Part shown: in pieces, positions 50,383 through 60,141 of the stretch
Layout of the letters: every line of letters begins with the position of its first letter
Position numbering within the stretch: the first letter of the stretch is position 1
Assembly: GCA_938040325.1 (NCBI GenBank)
Contig: CALHXW010000193.1
Location: forward strand, 246-64,245
Reading direction: 5' to 3'
Length of the DNA: 64,000 bases
Origin: an uncultured bacterium
GTDB lineage: Bacteria > Myxococcota_A > UBA9042 > PHBI01
The notes under the pieces: generated by a model
Database searches by the model: none
What the model saw: the letters and a program-made list of their open reading frames with translations, nothing else
What the model was told of the DNA's origin: nothing
Translations under genes and position numbers: made by a program

Positions 50383-50883
50383 GTGTCCGATCTCTCCGAG
50401 CCTCATCGCCCGACGCAGCCTCTCACCGAGCTGCCTGACGATCATCGGGCATGGCGCCTCATCGGACAGTGGATCGCGATTCGGCAGCTGGGCCAGCCGG
50501 AGCGGGTCGCGGCGCTCAGCGTTGCCGATCCGGTTGCCCGTCAGCGGGTCGTGGCGGATGCCAAGCGGCTCGCGGCGGCGCCGTTGCGCACGGGAAGCGG
50601 CATCGATGTCACCGCCCGCGGACGCATCGGTGAAGGTGAGATCCGCGACGTCCGGCTCACGCTGATCGGTCACGTTGAAGGTGGCGACCCGGTCGAAAAT
50701 CGCCTCTCGTTTGCCCGCATCGTTGAGGACGCGGAAGGCGAGTGGAAGCTGGCGGAGCTGCTGACGGCGCAGGATCGGTCGCTCTTTGAGGACCCGAGCT
50801 TTCAGCGCTTTATGAGCGGTGCCGAGCTGGTCGCGCCGGAAGATGGCACAAGCGACGACCCGACCGTGCTCGACCGCGGGTGA
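50383..50883 (+). CDS. Hypothetical protein
   Basis: Fills the gap in a same-strand run; GTGA overlap with the next gene. Confidence 0.65.
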   Translation: MSDLSEPHRPTQPLTELPDDHRAWRLIGQWIAIRQLGQPERVAALSVADPVARQRVVADAKRLAAAPLRTGSGIDVTARGRIGEGEIRDVRLTLIGHVEGGDPVENRLSFARIVEDAEGEWKLAELLTAQDRSLFEDPSFQRFMSGAELVAPEDGTSDDPTVLDRG

Positions 50884-51938
50884 GTGCCGCGCTCTTCGAG
50901 GCCGTGCCACGGCTAGCCAGGACCCTCAGCCGCGTGGAGCTCGGTCAGTGGCCGTCGCCGCTCGAGGCGCGATCCGTGATCGGTCGAACCGTCTTTATCA
51001 AGCGGGAGGATCGCAGCGCGCTTCACTACGCGGGCAACAAGATCAGACCGCTTGAGATGGTCTTCGGTGCGGCAAAGCGGGCGGGTCGCCAGGCGGTCTG
51101 GGCAACAGGCGCCTACGGGTCCAATCACGCGCTGGCGACCCTCATCCACGCGCCCAGGGTGGGGCTAGGCACCGGCGCTTTGCTCTGGCCGCAGCCGCCG
51201 TCGGACACGGCGCGCGACAACCTCCTAGCGAGTCTGTCGAGCGGTGAAGAGATCGTCTTCTGCCGGTCGATCGCGACGTTTCCGGCGCGTGCGTGGTGGC
51301 TCTCAACGTCCCGACCTCGAGCGTGGGTGATGCCACCTGGTGCGGCGACCCCGATCGGCGCCTTGGGACACGCTGGGGCCGCGATCGAACTCTGTCATCA
51401 GCTCCGTCAACACCGCGTGGAGAGCCCTGCGCGGATCGTCTTGCCGGTGGGGTCGACCTGCACAACCGCTGGTCTGATCGTGGGTAGTTTCCTCGCTCGA
51501 GAGCTCGGCGTTGGCATGACGACGCTGCCCGACATTCACGCGGTGCGGGTCACGCCGTGGCCGGTCACGTCCCCCGTGAGGATCGCCCAGCTGGCAGTCC
51601 GGACGGCGTCCTTGTTGCGCGCGAGTGGTGGGCCTGAGCTCAACCTGACGCTGCGTTCGGCGCTTGCTCGGCTCACGGTTCATGGACGCTACATCGGTGC
51701 TGGCTATGGCCGGCCCACACGGGATGGATTGGCGGCGACAAGAGACTTCGAGCCCCATGGTCCCTGGCTCGACAGCACCTACTCGGCCAAGGCAGCGGCG
51801 TGTCTCATCGACCACCTGCCGCAGTGGCGAGGGCCCACGATCTGGTGGTCAACCAAGAGCTCGATCGAGCTGCCGGCACTCGATGAAAGGCGGGTTTCCC
51901 AAGCCCCTCAGCGGGTGCGTCGGTGGCTCCAATCATGA
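50880..51938 (+). CDS. PLP-dependent ACC deaminase/D-cysteine desulfhydrase family enzyme
   Basis: IKRED....YAGNKIR, GAYGSNHA, PVGSTCT, GYG, LDSTYSAKA. Confidence 0.88.
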   Translation: MSAALFEAVPRLARTLSRVELGQWPSPLEARSVIGRTVFIKREDRSALHYAGNKIRPLEMVFGAAKRAGRQAVWATGAYGSNHALATLIHAPRVGLGTGALLWPQPPSDTARDNLLASLSSGEEIVFCRSIATFPARAWWLSTSRPRAWVMPPGAATPIGALGHAGAAIELCHQLRQHRVESPARIVLPVGSTCTTAGLIVGSFLARELGVGMTTLPDIHAVRVTPWPVTSPVRIAQLAVRTASLLRASGGPELNLTLRSALARLTVHGRYIGAGYGRPTRDGLAATRDFEPHGPWLDSTYSAKAAACLIDHLPQWRGPTIWWSTKSSIELPALDERRVSQAPQRVRRWLQS

Positions 51939-52128
51939 GTTGGTTGGCTGAAAAGCCTATTCGAACCGGTCGTTTGCATCGGGCGCTCCGCACCATTGCG
52001 TGTCGAATCGGTTTGGGATAGCCTCCGCGCTCATTCTCGGGCGTTACCACTCGATCCGTACGAGGGGTGTTTCACTAACAGCGCCCGCATAGAACCTGGC
52101 GAGAGTCAGAAAAGTAGAGAGGACAAGA

Positions 52129-52785
52129 GTGAAATACCTCATCATTGCTGTTGCGGCGTTCGGTTTGAGCTTCGCCGCTTGTGACAAGAAAGACGCTGGC
52201 AAGACCAAACAACCTGCGAAGGTCGAGGCTGCTGCTAAGGGAGCCGCTGCGACTGCTAAGGGCGCCGCTGCGACTGCCAAGGGCGCTGCTGCCACGGTCA
52301 AGACCGGTGCTGCCGCTGGCGCTGCTGGTGCCGCTGCTGCGGGCAAGAAGGCCGCTGCGGGTGCTACCGCGGTGAAGGCCAAGACTGGCGACGCTGCGGC
52401 GACTGCCGCTGCCAAGGCTAAGGCTGCGGCTGCCGCCGCCAAGGCCGCTGGCGCCAAGGCTGCCGCCACGGGTGGCTCCGCCACGGACGCCGCGACCGAC
52501 GCGATGGTCAAGGCCAAGGCGGAGGCCGGCACGGCCTCGGCAACGGTCAAGAAGACCGTCACCACGACGACCAAGAATGCCGTTGACGGCGCCAAGGCTG
52601 CGGCCGGCAGTGCCGTTGATGGCGCCAAGGCTGCGGCCGGCAGTGCCGTCGACGGCGCCAAGGCTGCGGCCGGCGGCGCGGTTGATGGTGCCAAGAAGGC
52701 TGCCACCGGTGCTGTCGACAGCGCCAAGAAGGCTGTCAACACCGGCGCCAAGGCCGTCAAGGGTGCCATTCCCGGCATGAAGTAG
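52129..52785 (+). CDS. Ala/Lys-rich lipoprotein with 7-mer and 11-mer repeats
   Basis: GAGG RBS, MKYLIIAVAAFGLSFAAC lipobox, AKGAAAT x3, AVDGAKAAAGS-type 11-mers, strong terminator. Confidence 0.85.
   Translation: MKYLIIAVAAFGLSFAACDKKDAGKTKQPAKVEAAAKGAAATAKGAAATAKGAAATVKTGAAAGAAGAAAAGKKAAAGATAVKAKTGDAAATAAAKAKAAAAAAKAAGAKAAATGGSATDAATDAMVKAKAEAGTASATVKKTVTTTTKNAVDGAKAAAGSAVDGAKAAAGSAVDGAKAAAGGAVDGAKKAATGAVDSAKKAVNTGAKAVKGAIPGMK
52578..52755 (+). repeat. 33-bp tandem repeat encoding 11-mers (AVDGAKAAAGS), about 5 units
   Basis: GCCGT(T/C)GA(C/T)GGCGCCAAGGCTGCGGCCGGC repeated three times, then degenerate units. Confidence 0.8.
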
Positions 52786-52804
52786 TCGCACTCGCGATGT
52801 GAAG

Positions 52805-52831
52805 AGCCCGGCCATTGGCCGGGCTTTTTTT
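52805..52831 (+). terminator. Rho-independent terminator
   Basis: AGCCCGGCC-ATT-GGCCGGGCT followed by a T run, about 20 nt after the stop. Confidence 0.9.
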
Positions 52832-52953
52832 GTGCCTCGGCTTGCCGGTTTTGGGTTCGGCTCGGATTGAACCAGTGGGGACCGGCTGATATAGCGTGTA
52901 CGCGATGCGCCGACGATCGGTTGGCGGGGTATGCACTCCGGGGAGCAATCAAC

Positions 52954-55062
52954 ATGGCGAGACGACTCTTGTGGCTGCGCGGCGATCTCGCTGCGAACGT
53001 GATGATTGCTGCTGTCTTGGGTTTGCTCAGCGTGGGCGTCGTGGCGTGCGGCGACTCCGGTGGAGGCTCCGGCCCTGGTGAAGACACGACCGTCGACACC
53101 GCCGAGGACGACACGGCGCTCGCCGACACCGCCGACGAGCCCGACACCGCAACCGACACCAGCATCGACGACACCGCGAGCGACGATGTCGGTCCAGATG
53201 TGGCGAGCGACACGGCAGTGCCCGCCGACACGTCGGTCGCCCCAGACACGACCAATGTGCCGGACGGATCGTTTCCGCTAGCGTGCGCCGGCAACGGCGA
53301 CTGCTCGGTGGGGTGCGCCAACGGCGTGTGCACCGCGGGACGCTGCAGCTTCCCAGCACCCCAAGCAGGCTGCGTGGTCATCGACGAAGCGACAGCGTCA
53401 GGCACGTGCGTCGACGCAGGCGCCGCATCGCCTGACGCAGCCTGCCGTACCTGTCAGCCGGACGTGTTCGCCGAAGGCTACGGTCCGGATCTCTTCCGCG
53501 AGAGCTTCGACACTAGTGCCGGGCTCGCGATCCAGACCGTCGGCGTGAGCAGCGCCTCTTGGTCGCTGTCGACCGTGCGTGCCTATGACGGCACGCGAAG
53601 CCTCTACTTCGGAGACCCCGAGCTGATGAGCTACGACGTCGGTGGGCGGGCCTCGGCCGTGGCAACGACCCGGGCGATCGCCGTGCCCGAAGGCGCGCCG
53701 GTGACGCTCAACTTTGAGCTCTATCTCGACACCGAAGAGACCGCCGACTTTGACTACCTGCGCGTGCTGGTCGATCAGGGCGGCGACGCACTGCCCGTCG
53801 AGGTTTGGCACTCCAACGCGATCAACGGCACAACGTTCGGCACGTTCCTGCCGATCCGTGTGTCGCTCGACGATGTGGCGACGGCAGGCATGCGGATCAT
53901 GTTCGAGTTCGACAGTGTCGACGGGATCATCAACGGCTTCGAAGGCGCCTACATCGACGCGATCACGGTCACGACCGGTTGTTGCGTCATCGACACCGAG
54001 TGTGACGACGGCAACGCCTGCACGGTCGACACGTGCGGTGCGGGAGGCACCTGCGAGTTTGCGCCAGCAGGTGACTGCTGCCTGACAGCTGCGGACTGTG
54101 ATGACGGCGATGCGTGCACCCGCAACGAGTGCCCGGTCGCCGGTGAAGCCTGCGTGCACCCGGCGATCTTTGGATGCTGCCATGACCTTTCCGATTGCGA
54201 CGACGATGATCCCTGCACGGAGGACGCGTGCCCAGCCGATGGCGCGATGTGTACCCATCAGCCACTCTGCTGCGACTCCAACGCCGACTGCGACGACGAG
54301 GACGAGTGCACGGTTGGGGTCTGCGAAGCCGGGCAGTGTAGCTACACATTCGCCTGTTGCGAAGACGAGACGGACTGCGATGACGGCGACGCTTGCACCA
54401 ACGAGACCTGTGCCCCAACAGGGCTCTGCCAGTACGAGTTCCAGGCGATTGCTGGGTGCTGCCAACCCGATGTCCTCACCGAGCGTTTCGACACGGGCGC
54501 CCCGGGTTGGACGTTCACGGCGCTCACGGCCAACGTTGGCTGGCGACGCCAGACCACTCCGGACGCCTCGAGCGGAACCTCGGTTCTCTACTATGGCCAC
54601 CCAACGCTGTCGTACTATCAGACATCGGGGGCAAACTCAGGGCGTGCGCGCTCACCGATCTTCCGCCTTCCCGATGATGCCGAGGCCTCGGTCGAGTTCA
54701 ACGTCTGGATCGAGGTCGAGCCTGACCTCAACCGGGACAAGTTCTCGGTCGTCGCCATCCTGGGGTCCACCGAGGTGGTGCTGCTCGACAAGAGCAACCT
54801 CAACCTGACCACGCCCGGGTGGCAAGCCGTTTCCCTCAACGTGAGCTATCTCGCCGGACAGAACATTCGCCTGGCGTTCGACTTCGACACCGTCGATGGC
54901 GTCGCCAACAACTCTCGCGGCGTGCTCATCGACGACGTACGCGTCCTAAGCAGCTGCCAAGCGCGTGCCTGCCAGTCGGATGCTGGCTGCACCAGCGCCG
55001 CGAGCTGCATCACGGGTACCTGCGTGTCAGGCGGCTGCAGCTACGCCGGCATCTGCCCTTAG
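52954..55062 (+). CDS. Cys-rich surface lipoprotein with two beta-sandwich-like domains and five CDDGNACTxDxC-type repeats
   Basis: GGAG RBS, lipobox VVAC, Asp/Thr-rich linker, duplicated E.FD...W...LY(F/Y)G.P...FD.VDG..N...G..ID domain. Confidence 0.85.
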   Translation: MARRLLWLRGDLAANVMIAAVLGLLSVGVVACGDSGGGSGPGEDTTVDTAEDDTALADTADEPDTATDTSIDDTASDDVGPDVASDTAVPADTSVAPDTTNVPDGSFPLACAGNGDCSVGCANGVCTAGRCSFPAPQAGCVVIDEATASGTCVDAGAASPDAACRTCQPDVFAEGYGPDLFRESFDTSAGLAIQTVGVSSASWSLSTVRAYDGTRSLYFGDPELMSYDVGGRASAVATTRAIAVPEGAPVTLNFELYLDTEETADFDYLRVLVDQGGDALPVEVWHSNAINGTTFGTFLPIRVSLDDVATAGMRIMFEFDSVDGIINGFEGAYIDAITVTTGCCVIDTECDDGNACTVDTCGAGGTCEFAPAGDCCLTAADCDDGDACTRNECPVAGEACVHPAIFGCCHDLSDCDDDDPCTEDACPADGAMCTHQPLCCDSNADCDDEDECTVGVCEAGQCSYTFACCEDETDCDDGDACTNETCAPTGLCQYEFQAIAGCCQPDVLTERFDTGAPGWTFTALTANVGWRRQTTPDASSGTSVLYYGHPTLSYYQTSGANSGRARSPIFRLPDDAEASVEFNVWIEVEPDLNRDKFSVVAILGSTEVVLLDKSNLNLTTPGWQAVSLNVSYLAGQNIRLAFDFDTVDGVANNSRGVLIDDVRVLSSCQARACQSDAGCTSAASCITGTCVSGGCSYAGICP

Positions 55063-55132
55063 AGAGCGGCTGGCGTCGCCCCATCGACGTCTCTGTTCGA
55101 GGCGACAAGGCGGCGTCTTTAGCCTGGTGCGA

Positions 55133-55576
55133 TCACCGGCGAGCAGGAAAGACGACCTCGGTGATCACGCCCGCGTAAGCATCGACGAGCAGCAGCCCGT
55201 CGGCCTCGAACGCAATGGAATACTCCAAGAGCTGACGTCGGGTTGCGACCGTTGTCACGGCGGCCGCGACCCGGCCGCCTTTGATCTCGGCCACGTAGCG
55301 ACGGGATCGCTTGCGCACGATCGCATCGGCTCGGACGCGATAGGGCACCTTGTTGCCATCGACCAGCACGAAGAGCTCCCGCGAGACCTGAGTCTCCACC
55401 AGCCGGTAGCCCCTACGTGCCAGCAGAGCGAGCCCAAGCCGCTCACCCTCAGCGCCAAGCCGTCGGGCACGGCCGGCACGCCGGACAGCTTGGGAGGCAT
55501 GAGCCCGGCGTCCCAACCACATCCCACACAAGAGCGCGAGCACCGCGATGGCGACCACGGCGATGGGATGCTCCAC
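55133..55576 (-). CDS. Membrane-anchored PD-(D/E)XK nuclease-like protein (YraN-like N-terminal part)
   Basis: GGAG RBS and GTG; N-terminal TM helix; G..GE......L...GY, RADAIV, VAEIK, RQLLEY. Confidence 0.75.
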   Translation of the reverse strand: MEHPIAVVAIAVLALLCGMWLGRRAHASQAVRRAGRARRLGAEGERLGLALLARRGYRLVETQVSRELFVLVDGNKVPYRVRADAIVRKRSRRYVAEIKGGRVAAAVTTVATRRQLLEYSIAFEADGLLLVDAYAGVITEVVFPARR

Positions 55577-55593
55577 GATGTTGCTCCAAGCCG

Positions 55594-56715
55594 CTACTCG
55601 GCTCTCAGCGCATCGAGTGCCGCATAAAGGCGTGCGTTCTGCACCGGCAGCCCAACCGAGATGCGAAGATGCTCCGTCAGTCCGTAGGGCCGCATCGGGC
55701 GTGTGATCACACCGCGCTCTAGGAGCTTCTGGTACCAGTCGCCGGCTGGGCCACCCATGTGCACGAGCAAGAAGTTGGTCTGGCTCGGAATCACGCCAAA
55801 CCCGCGAGCGTTCAGCTCGGACGTCATCGCATCCCGCTCGGCCACGGTCTCGGACACCACGGTGGTCAGCCACGGCTGATCGCTGAGCGCTGCACGTGCC
55901 GCGACCTGCGCAAGCGCGCTGACGTTGAACGGCAAACGAATGCGGTTCATGTAGTCGATGAGGTCCGGGGTGGCGACGCCGTAGCCGACCCTCAGCGACG
56001 CCAGTCCGTACGCTTTCGAGAACGTCCTCAGGACCACGGTCCGCGGCCGCTTGGCAACCCAGGCAAGGCTGTCTTGGTAGCCGTCGAGCCGGACGTACTC
56101 GAGGTACGCTTCGTCGAGGACGATGATCGGGCTCTGGTAGCCGCCGGCGTCGGCCGCTGCGTCCACCGTGTCGACAAACCGCGTGAGCGCGTCCTCCGTA
56201 AAGCAGGTGCCTGTGGGGTTGTTGGGGTTGGCCAAAAAGATCAGGCGCGTTCGGGCGTTGACCTGCTGGGCGACAGCGTCGAGGTCATAGGCCATGCCCG
56301 CGCCGAGCGGCGCCTCTCGCAGCTCGTAGCCGGCAGCCTTCGTCGAGATCTTGTAGGCGACGAACGCGCACGCGCTCGTGACAACGTTGTCGCCGGTCTC
56401 GAGGAACGTTCGAATCAGGAGCTCGATCAGCTCGTTGCTGCCGTTACCGACGATGAGCTGGCTGGCGTCGACCCCGAGGTGGGCCGCGAGGTCGCGCTTG
56501 AGATAGAACGCGCCTCCGTCCGGGTAGAGGTGGAGTCGGCTTGCCTCACGGCTTATCGCTGCAGCAACCTGCGGAGACGGGCCCCACGCATTCTCGTTTG
56601 AAGCCAGCTTGATCGCGCCGACCACCCCGATCTCACGCTCGACTTCCTCGATGGGCTTGCCAGGCTGATACGGGATGAGGGCATCGATGTAGGTCGGTAC
56701 GTGTGTCGAGGTCAC
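55594..56715 (-). CDS. hisC: Histidinol-phosphate aminotransferase
   Basis: YQPGKP, KLASNEN, GNGSNE, NPNNPTG, DEAY, RTFSKAYGLASLRVGY. Confidence 0.95.
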   Translation of the reverse strand: MTSTHVPTYIDALIPYQPGKPIEEVEREIGVVGAIKLASNENAWGPSPQVAAAISREASRLHLYPDGGAFYLKRDLAAHLGVDASQLIVGNGSNELIELLIRTFLETGDNVVTSACAFVAYKISTKAAGYELREAPLGAGMAYDLDAVAQQVNARTRLIFLANPNNPTGTCFTEDALTRFVDTVDAAADAGGYQSPIIVLDEAYLEYVRLDGYQDSLAWVAKRPRTVVLRTFSKAYGLASLRVGYGVATPDLIDYMNRIRLPFNVSALAQVAARAALSDQPWLTTVVSETVAERDAMTSELNARGFGVIPSQTNFLLVHMGGPAGDWYQKLLERGVITRPMRPYGLTEHLRISVGLPVQNARLYAALDALRAE

Positions 56716-57155
56716 GACTTGCCCAGCTTGTCCTTGAGTGCCGCAAGTGCAGCCTCAGCATCGAGTGCCTTGCCAGCAGCCTCCAGCTTGGACTGCTCGA
56801 GGCTGCCACCGGCGAGCTCGTTCATGTTTTCGACCAGCGCTCCGGTCCCGGCGCGCAAGCCGCGGTTGCCGCCATCGCGCGCGAAGAGGGCTTCCTGTCG
56901 GAGCGCAGACTTCTTCTCTGCAATCAACGCCAGCTCTCCCTCGATGAGGACTTTCTCCGAGCGGAGTGGTTGCACCTTGGCGAGGAACTGCTCACACGCG
57001 GCCTTTGCCTTGAGCAGCAGCGCTCGCGCTTTCTCGAGCTTAGCCTCGGGTCCCGCGAGCTTTTGTTCCAAGATCTCGAGCTTCACCTTGAGCTCTTTTT
57101 CAGCCTTGATGTGTTCGGCCATCTCGAGCCGAAAGCCTTCGTCCATCTCACCCAT
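56712..57155 (-). CDS. Small coiled-coil protein with PspA-like C-terminal helix
   Basis: GGGAGG RBS before ATG 57155; heptad-rich; ends DAEAALAALKDKLG; GTGA overlap with hisC. Confidence 0.75.
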   Translation of the reverse strand: MGEMDEGFRLEMAEHIKAEKELKVKLEILEQKLAGPEAKLEKARALLLKAKAACEQFLAKVQPLRSEKVLIEGELALIAEKKSALRQEALFARDGGNRGLRAGTGALVENMNELAGGSLEQSKLEAAGKALDAEAALAALKDKLGKS

Positions 57156-57377
57156 CGGTTCCTCCCTTTGCAGGTATCTCATACCGCGACCACACCACGC
57201 TTGTCTGCCAACGAACCTCGCGCGTGCTCGAAGCATGTGCAACCGGCGGCCTTATCACTGGCGCCTACTCGGTCCGGCTGTCAGCCGCGTCTCTCGAGAC
57301 ACGATCACCGATCCTCGCTCCTCGGGCACCGACCCAATTCCCTCGTCGATCCAGGCGGTAACCAGCCGTTCGTTGCT

Positions 57378-57571
57378 CTAGCAGCGTTCGGGGAAATGCA
57401 AAATCTGATGACTTTGCGATGCGCTCAACGCGGGTCCAGGGGCGCAGCTCCTGTTGATCTCAAGATCACTCAGGAGCTGCGCCCCTGCAACCCACATTGT
57501 GGTTTCCCTTCGGTCATCACCCCAGCGGCACACTCCGTCCCAGAATCCGCATTTCCCGGCAACGCTGCTAG
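57378..57571. mobile_element. MITE-like element, family B, long copy with internal hairpin
   Basis: CTAGCAGCGTTCGGGGAAATGC...GCATTTCCCGGCAACGCTGCTAG; internal inverted repeat CAGGGGCGCAGCTCCTG...CAGGAGCTGCGCCCCTG. Confidence 0.8.
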
Positions 57572-59307
57572 GGCGTGGCCTCAATCAGTGCTCGCATGGT
57601 CTCGGCCAGCTCGCTGATCCTGCGTCTTGCCTGCTCGAGCGCCGCACGGGTGTCGGTGCCTACGACGTCGGCGCGGGCCTCCAAGTAGCACTTGAGCTTG
57701 GGCTCGGTGCCGCTGGGTCGGCACACCACACGCGACCCGTCGGCAAGCCAGAACGTCAGCACGTTGGATCGGGGAAGCCCGAGGGCGTCGGCGTCGGGAC
57801 CTTGGAGGTCACGGCTTGTGGTGACGCGGGCGCCCGCAATCTCTGTCGGTGGTGCGTCTCTGAGGCGCTGCATGACGCGGCCAATCCGCGCCTTGCCGCT
57901 GAGACCGGGCAGAACGATGGCGACCTGGTCGCTGGCGTAGGCCCCAAGCTCCCGGTAGAGGTCGTGGAGGCGATCGAACAAGGTCCGGCCCTTCGCCTTC
58001 TCCGACGCTGCCAGCTCCATCAGGACCTGTGCTGCGCCGATGCCGTCCTTGTCGCGCACGGCGCCTCCAACGCAGTAGCCAAGTGCTTCTTCGAAGCCAA
58101 AGACAAACGAGCGGCCGTCTGGGTCGTCGGCGAGGGCTTTGTCCCAGATCCACTTGAACCCGGTCAGCACGTCGGCGTAGCGGGCCTGTCGCGCCTCAGC
58201 GAGCTTCTGGAGCATCATCGTGGACACGATGGTCGTCACCACGAGCGGCTTGGGTGGCAGAGTCGCGTGTCGGGTGCGCTCCGACAGCAGCCAGTCAGCG
58301 AGGAGCACGCCGAGCTCGTTGCCGCTCAGCTTGGTCATCGCGTCGCCGTCACGCGCCGCCACGCACAGCCGGTCGGTGTCCGGGTCATTGGCGACGATCA
58401 CATCGGCCTCAACTCGGGCCGCGACGAGCTCCGCGCGGTCGAGCGCCCCGTCTTCTTCTGGGTTTGGGAACACGACCGTTGAAAACCCTGGATCCGGGGC
58501 TTGCTGCGACCTCACGGGGTGACGGTCGTGATGCCCGCGGCGTGCGAGCGCCGCTTCGACCCACGCGTGGCCCACGCCATGAAGGGCGGTGGTGACCACT
58601 CGCACCTGAGCTGGAGGCGTCTCGGCAGTGCATTGTGCATCGATGGCGTCGAGGTACGCGTCGAGATCTGCGTCGGCTACCACCTCGATGAGACCGCTGG
58701 CGCATGCGTCGGCAAACGCAACCCGCGGGAGTGTTGCGAACGCCCCCAGTCCATCGCGCGCCGCACGGATCTGGTCGGCTTGATCGCTGACGATCTGAGC
58801 ACCGCGCGCTGAGTACACCTTGTAGCCGTTGTAGGCCGGTGGGTTGTGGCTGGCGGTGACCACGACGGCACCAGCGCAGCCGAGGTGGCGGCCGATGAAG
58901 GCGACGACGGGCGTGGGGTTTGGACCGGCCACCCACTTCACGGGCAGTCCATGTCCGGCAAAGATCTCGGCGGCAACGCGGGCGAAGCGGTCGGAGCCAT
59001 TGCGGGCATCCCGCCCCACAACAACGCCGCGGGTGGTCGCCTCCGGTACCGAAGCGAGGAGCTGCATGGCGAGCCCAGCGCTGGCGCGGGCGACGGTGAC
59101 CAGGTTCATGCGTCCCGGCCCTGCGCCGACGATGCCGCGGAGCCCCGCCGTTCCGAACGCCAGCGGCGCGATGAGACGCTCCTTGAGGGCCTCGGTGTCC
59201 TCGCTGTCGATGAGCTCTTGGAGCTCGCCTCGCGTCGCGGGGTCCGGATCGCTGGCGATCCACTCACGTGCCTCTTGCAACCAGTCGCGGGTCTTCGTGC
59301 TCGTCAT
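57568..59307 (-). CDS. Phosphoglucomutase/phosphomannomutase family phosphosugar mutase
   Basis: FGTAGLRG, TASHNP, DPDTDR, FEEALGY, DKDG, RPSGTEPKLK. Confidence 0.95.
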   Translation of the reverse strand: MTSTKTRDWLQEAREWIASDPDPATRGELQELIDSEDTEALKERLIAPLAFGTAGLRGIVGAGPGRMNLVTVARASAGLAMQLLASVPEATTRGVVVGRDARNGSDRFARVAAEIFAGHGLPVKWVAGPNPTPVVAFIGRHLGCAGAVVVTASHNPPAYNGYKVYSARGAQIVSDQADQIRAARDGLGAFATLPRVAFADACASGLIEVVADADLDAYLDAIDAQCTAETPPAQVRVVTTALHGVGHAWVEAALARRGHHDRHPVRSQQAPDPGFSTVVFPNPEEDGALDRAELVAARVEADVIVANDPDTDRLCVAARDGDAMTKLSGNELGVLLADWLLSERTRHATLPPKPLVVTTIVSTMMLQKLAEARQARYADVLTGFKWIWDKALADDPDGRSFVFGFEEALGYCVGGAVRDKDGIGAAQVLMELAASEKAKGRTLFDRLHDLYRELGAYASDQVAIVLPGLSGKARIGRVMQRLRDAPPTEIAGARVTTSRDLQGPDADALGLPRSNVLTFWLADGSRVVCRPSGTEPKLKCYLEARADVVGTDTRAALEQARRRISELAETMRALIEATP

Positions 59308-59455
59308 ACGTCTCGCCTCCAGCTCCGACTGCTCGGCGCGACGCAGAAGGCGCCCCGCCGTCACAGTGGGGACGTATCATCAGTGGCCTTGTGCAGATTG
59401 CAAGGCCGTGGCCGTGCTCAGCGCGTTTCCGCGGCGCGCGTGAGACGCCTGCGTG

Positions 59456-60010
59456 TTAACGCTCGAGCGGGCGGACAGTGACGCGTCCGTCAGCCTCTAC
59501 GCGACGTTCGCAGCCGCAGCCGACCGTGGCGCCGACGCGCTCGATGTGTGCGCCCTCTGCCTCGGTTTGTGCTGATGCGATCAAGCGGCCCAAGCCGTCG
59601 CTGGCGTGGAAGTCTTCGTTGTCGAACGTTAGGACGTGAAGCGCTTCTGGACCGACCACGCCTTCCGCCACGCGGAGCGACCTCGCCCCACGCGATGTCT
59701 CGGAGATCGTCCACAACAGCTTGCCGTCCGCGTCACGAAGCTCGCGCGTGTTCGCAGGTTGGCCGTCAGCGGGTGGCCCAACGTCGCCGGCGGGAATCTG
59801 CACACCCTCGGCTCCGACCTCGAGCAGCACCACGTTGCGTGAGCTGTCGACCAAGCGTAGCCCGTCTTTGTCCCGCTCCACGGCGACGGTAGCGGTCGAC
59901 TTGAGCTTGCTGAAGGCCCCGCGGATGTCGGGCGACGGCGATGCCGCGGGCGTCGACAGCGCGAGTGCGGGAACACAGACCATGGCGAGCGTGATTGCGA
60001 GCGTCTTCAT
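59456..60010 (-). CDS. Exported hypothetical protein
   Basis: MKTLAITLAMVCVPALA signal peptide; beta-rich; CGC near the C-terminus. Confidence 0.65.
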   Translation of the reverse strand: MKTLAITLAMVCVPALALSTPAASPSPDIRGAFSKLKSTATVAVERDKDGLRLVDSSRNVVLLEVGAEGVQIPAGDVGPPADGQPANTRELRDADGKLLWTISETSRGARSLRVAEGVVGPEALHVLTFDNEDFHASDGLGRLIASAQTEAEGAHIERVGATVGCGCERRVEADGRVTVRPLER

Positions 60011-60141
60011 GCCCCCATTGAACCCATCCTGACGGGCATGGGTCAAGTAGCGCGCACGGTCGCGTCCCTCCACCGCATGGGCGAGTGCGCTACAGGCGGC
60101 ATGGTCTGCCGGTCCACCAGCCCCCACGTCGATGCCCCACA

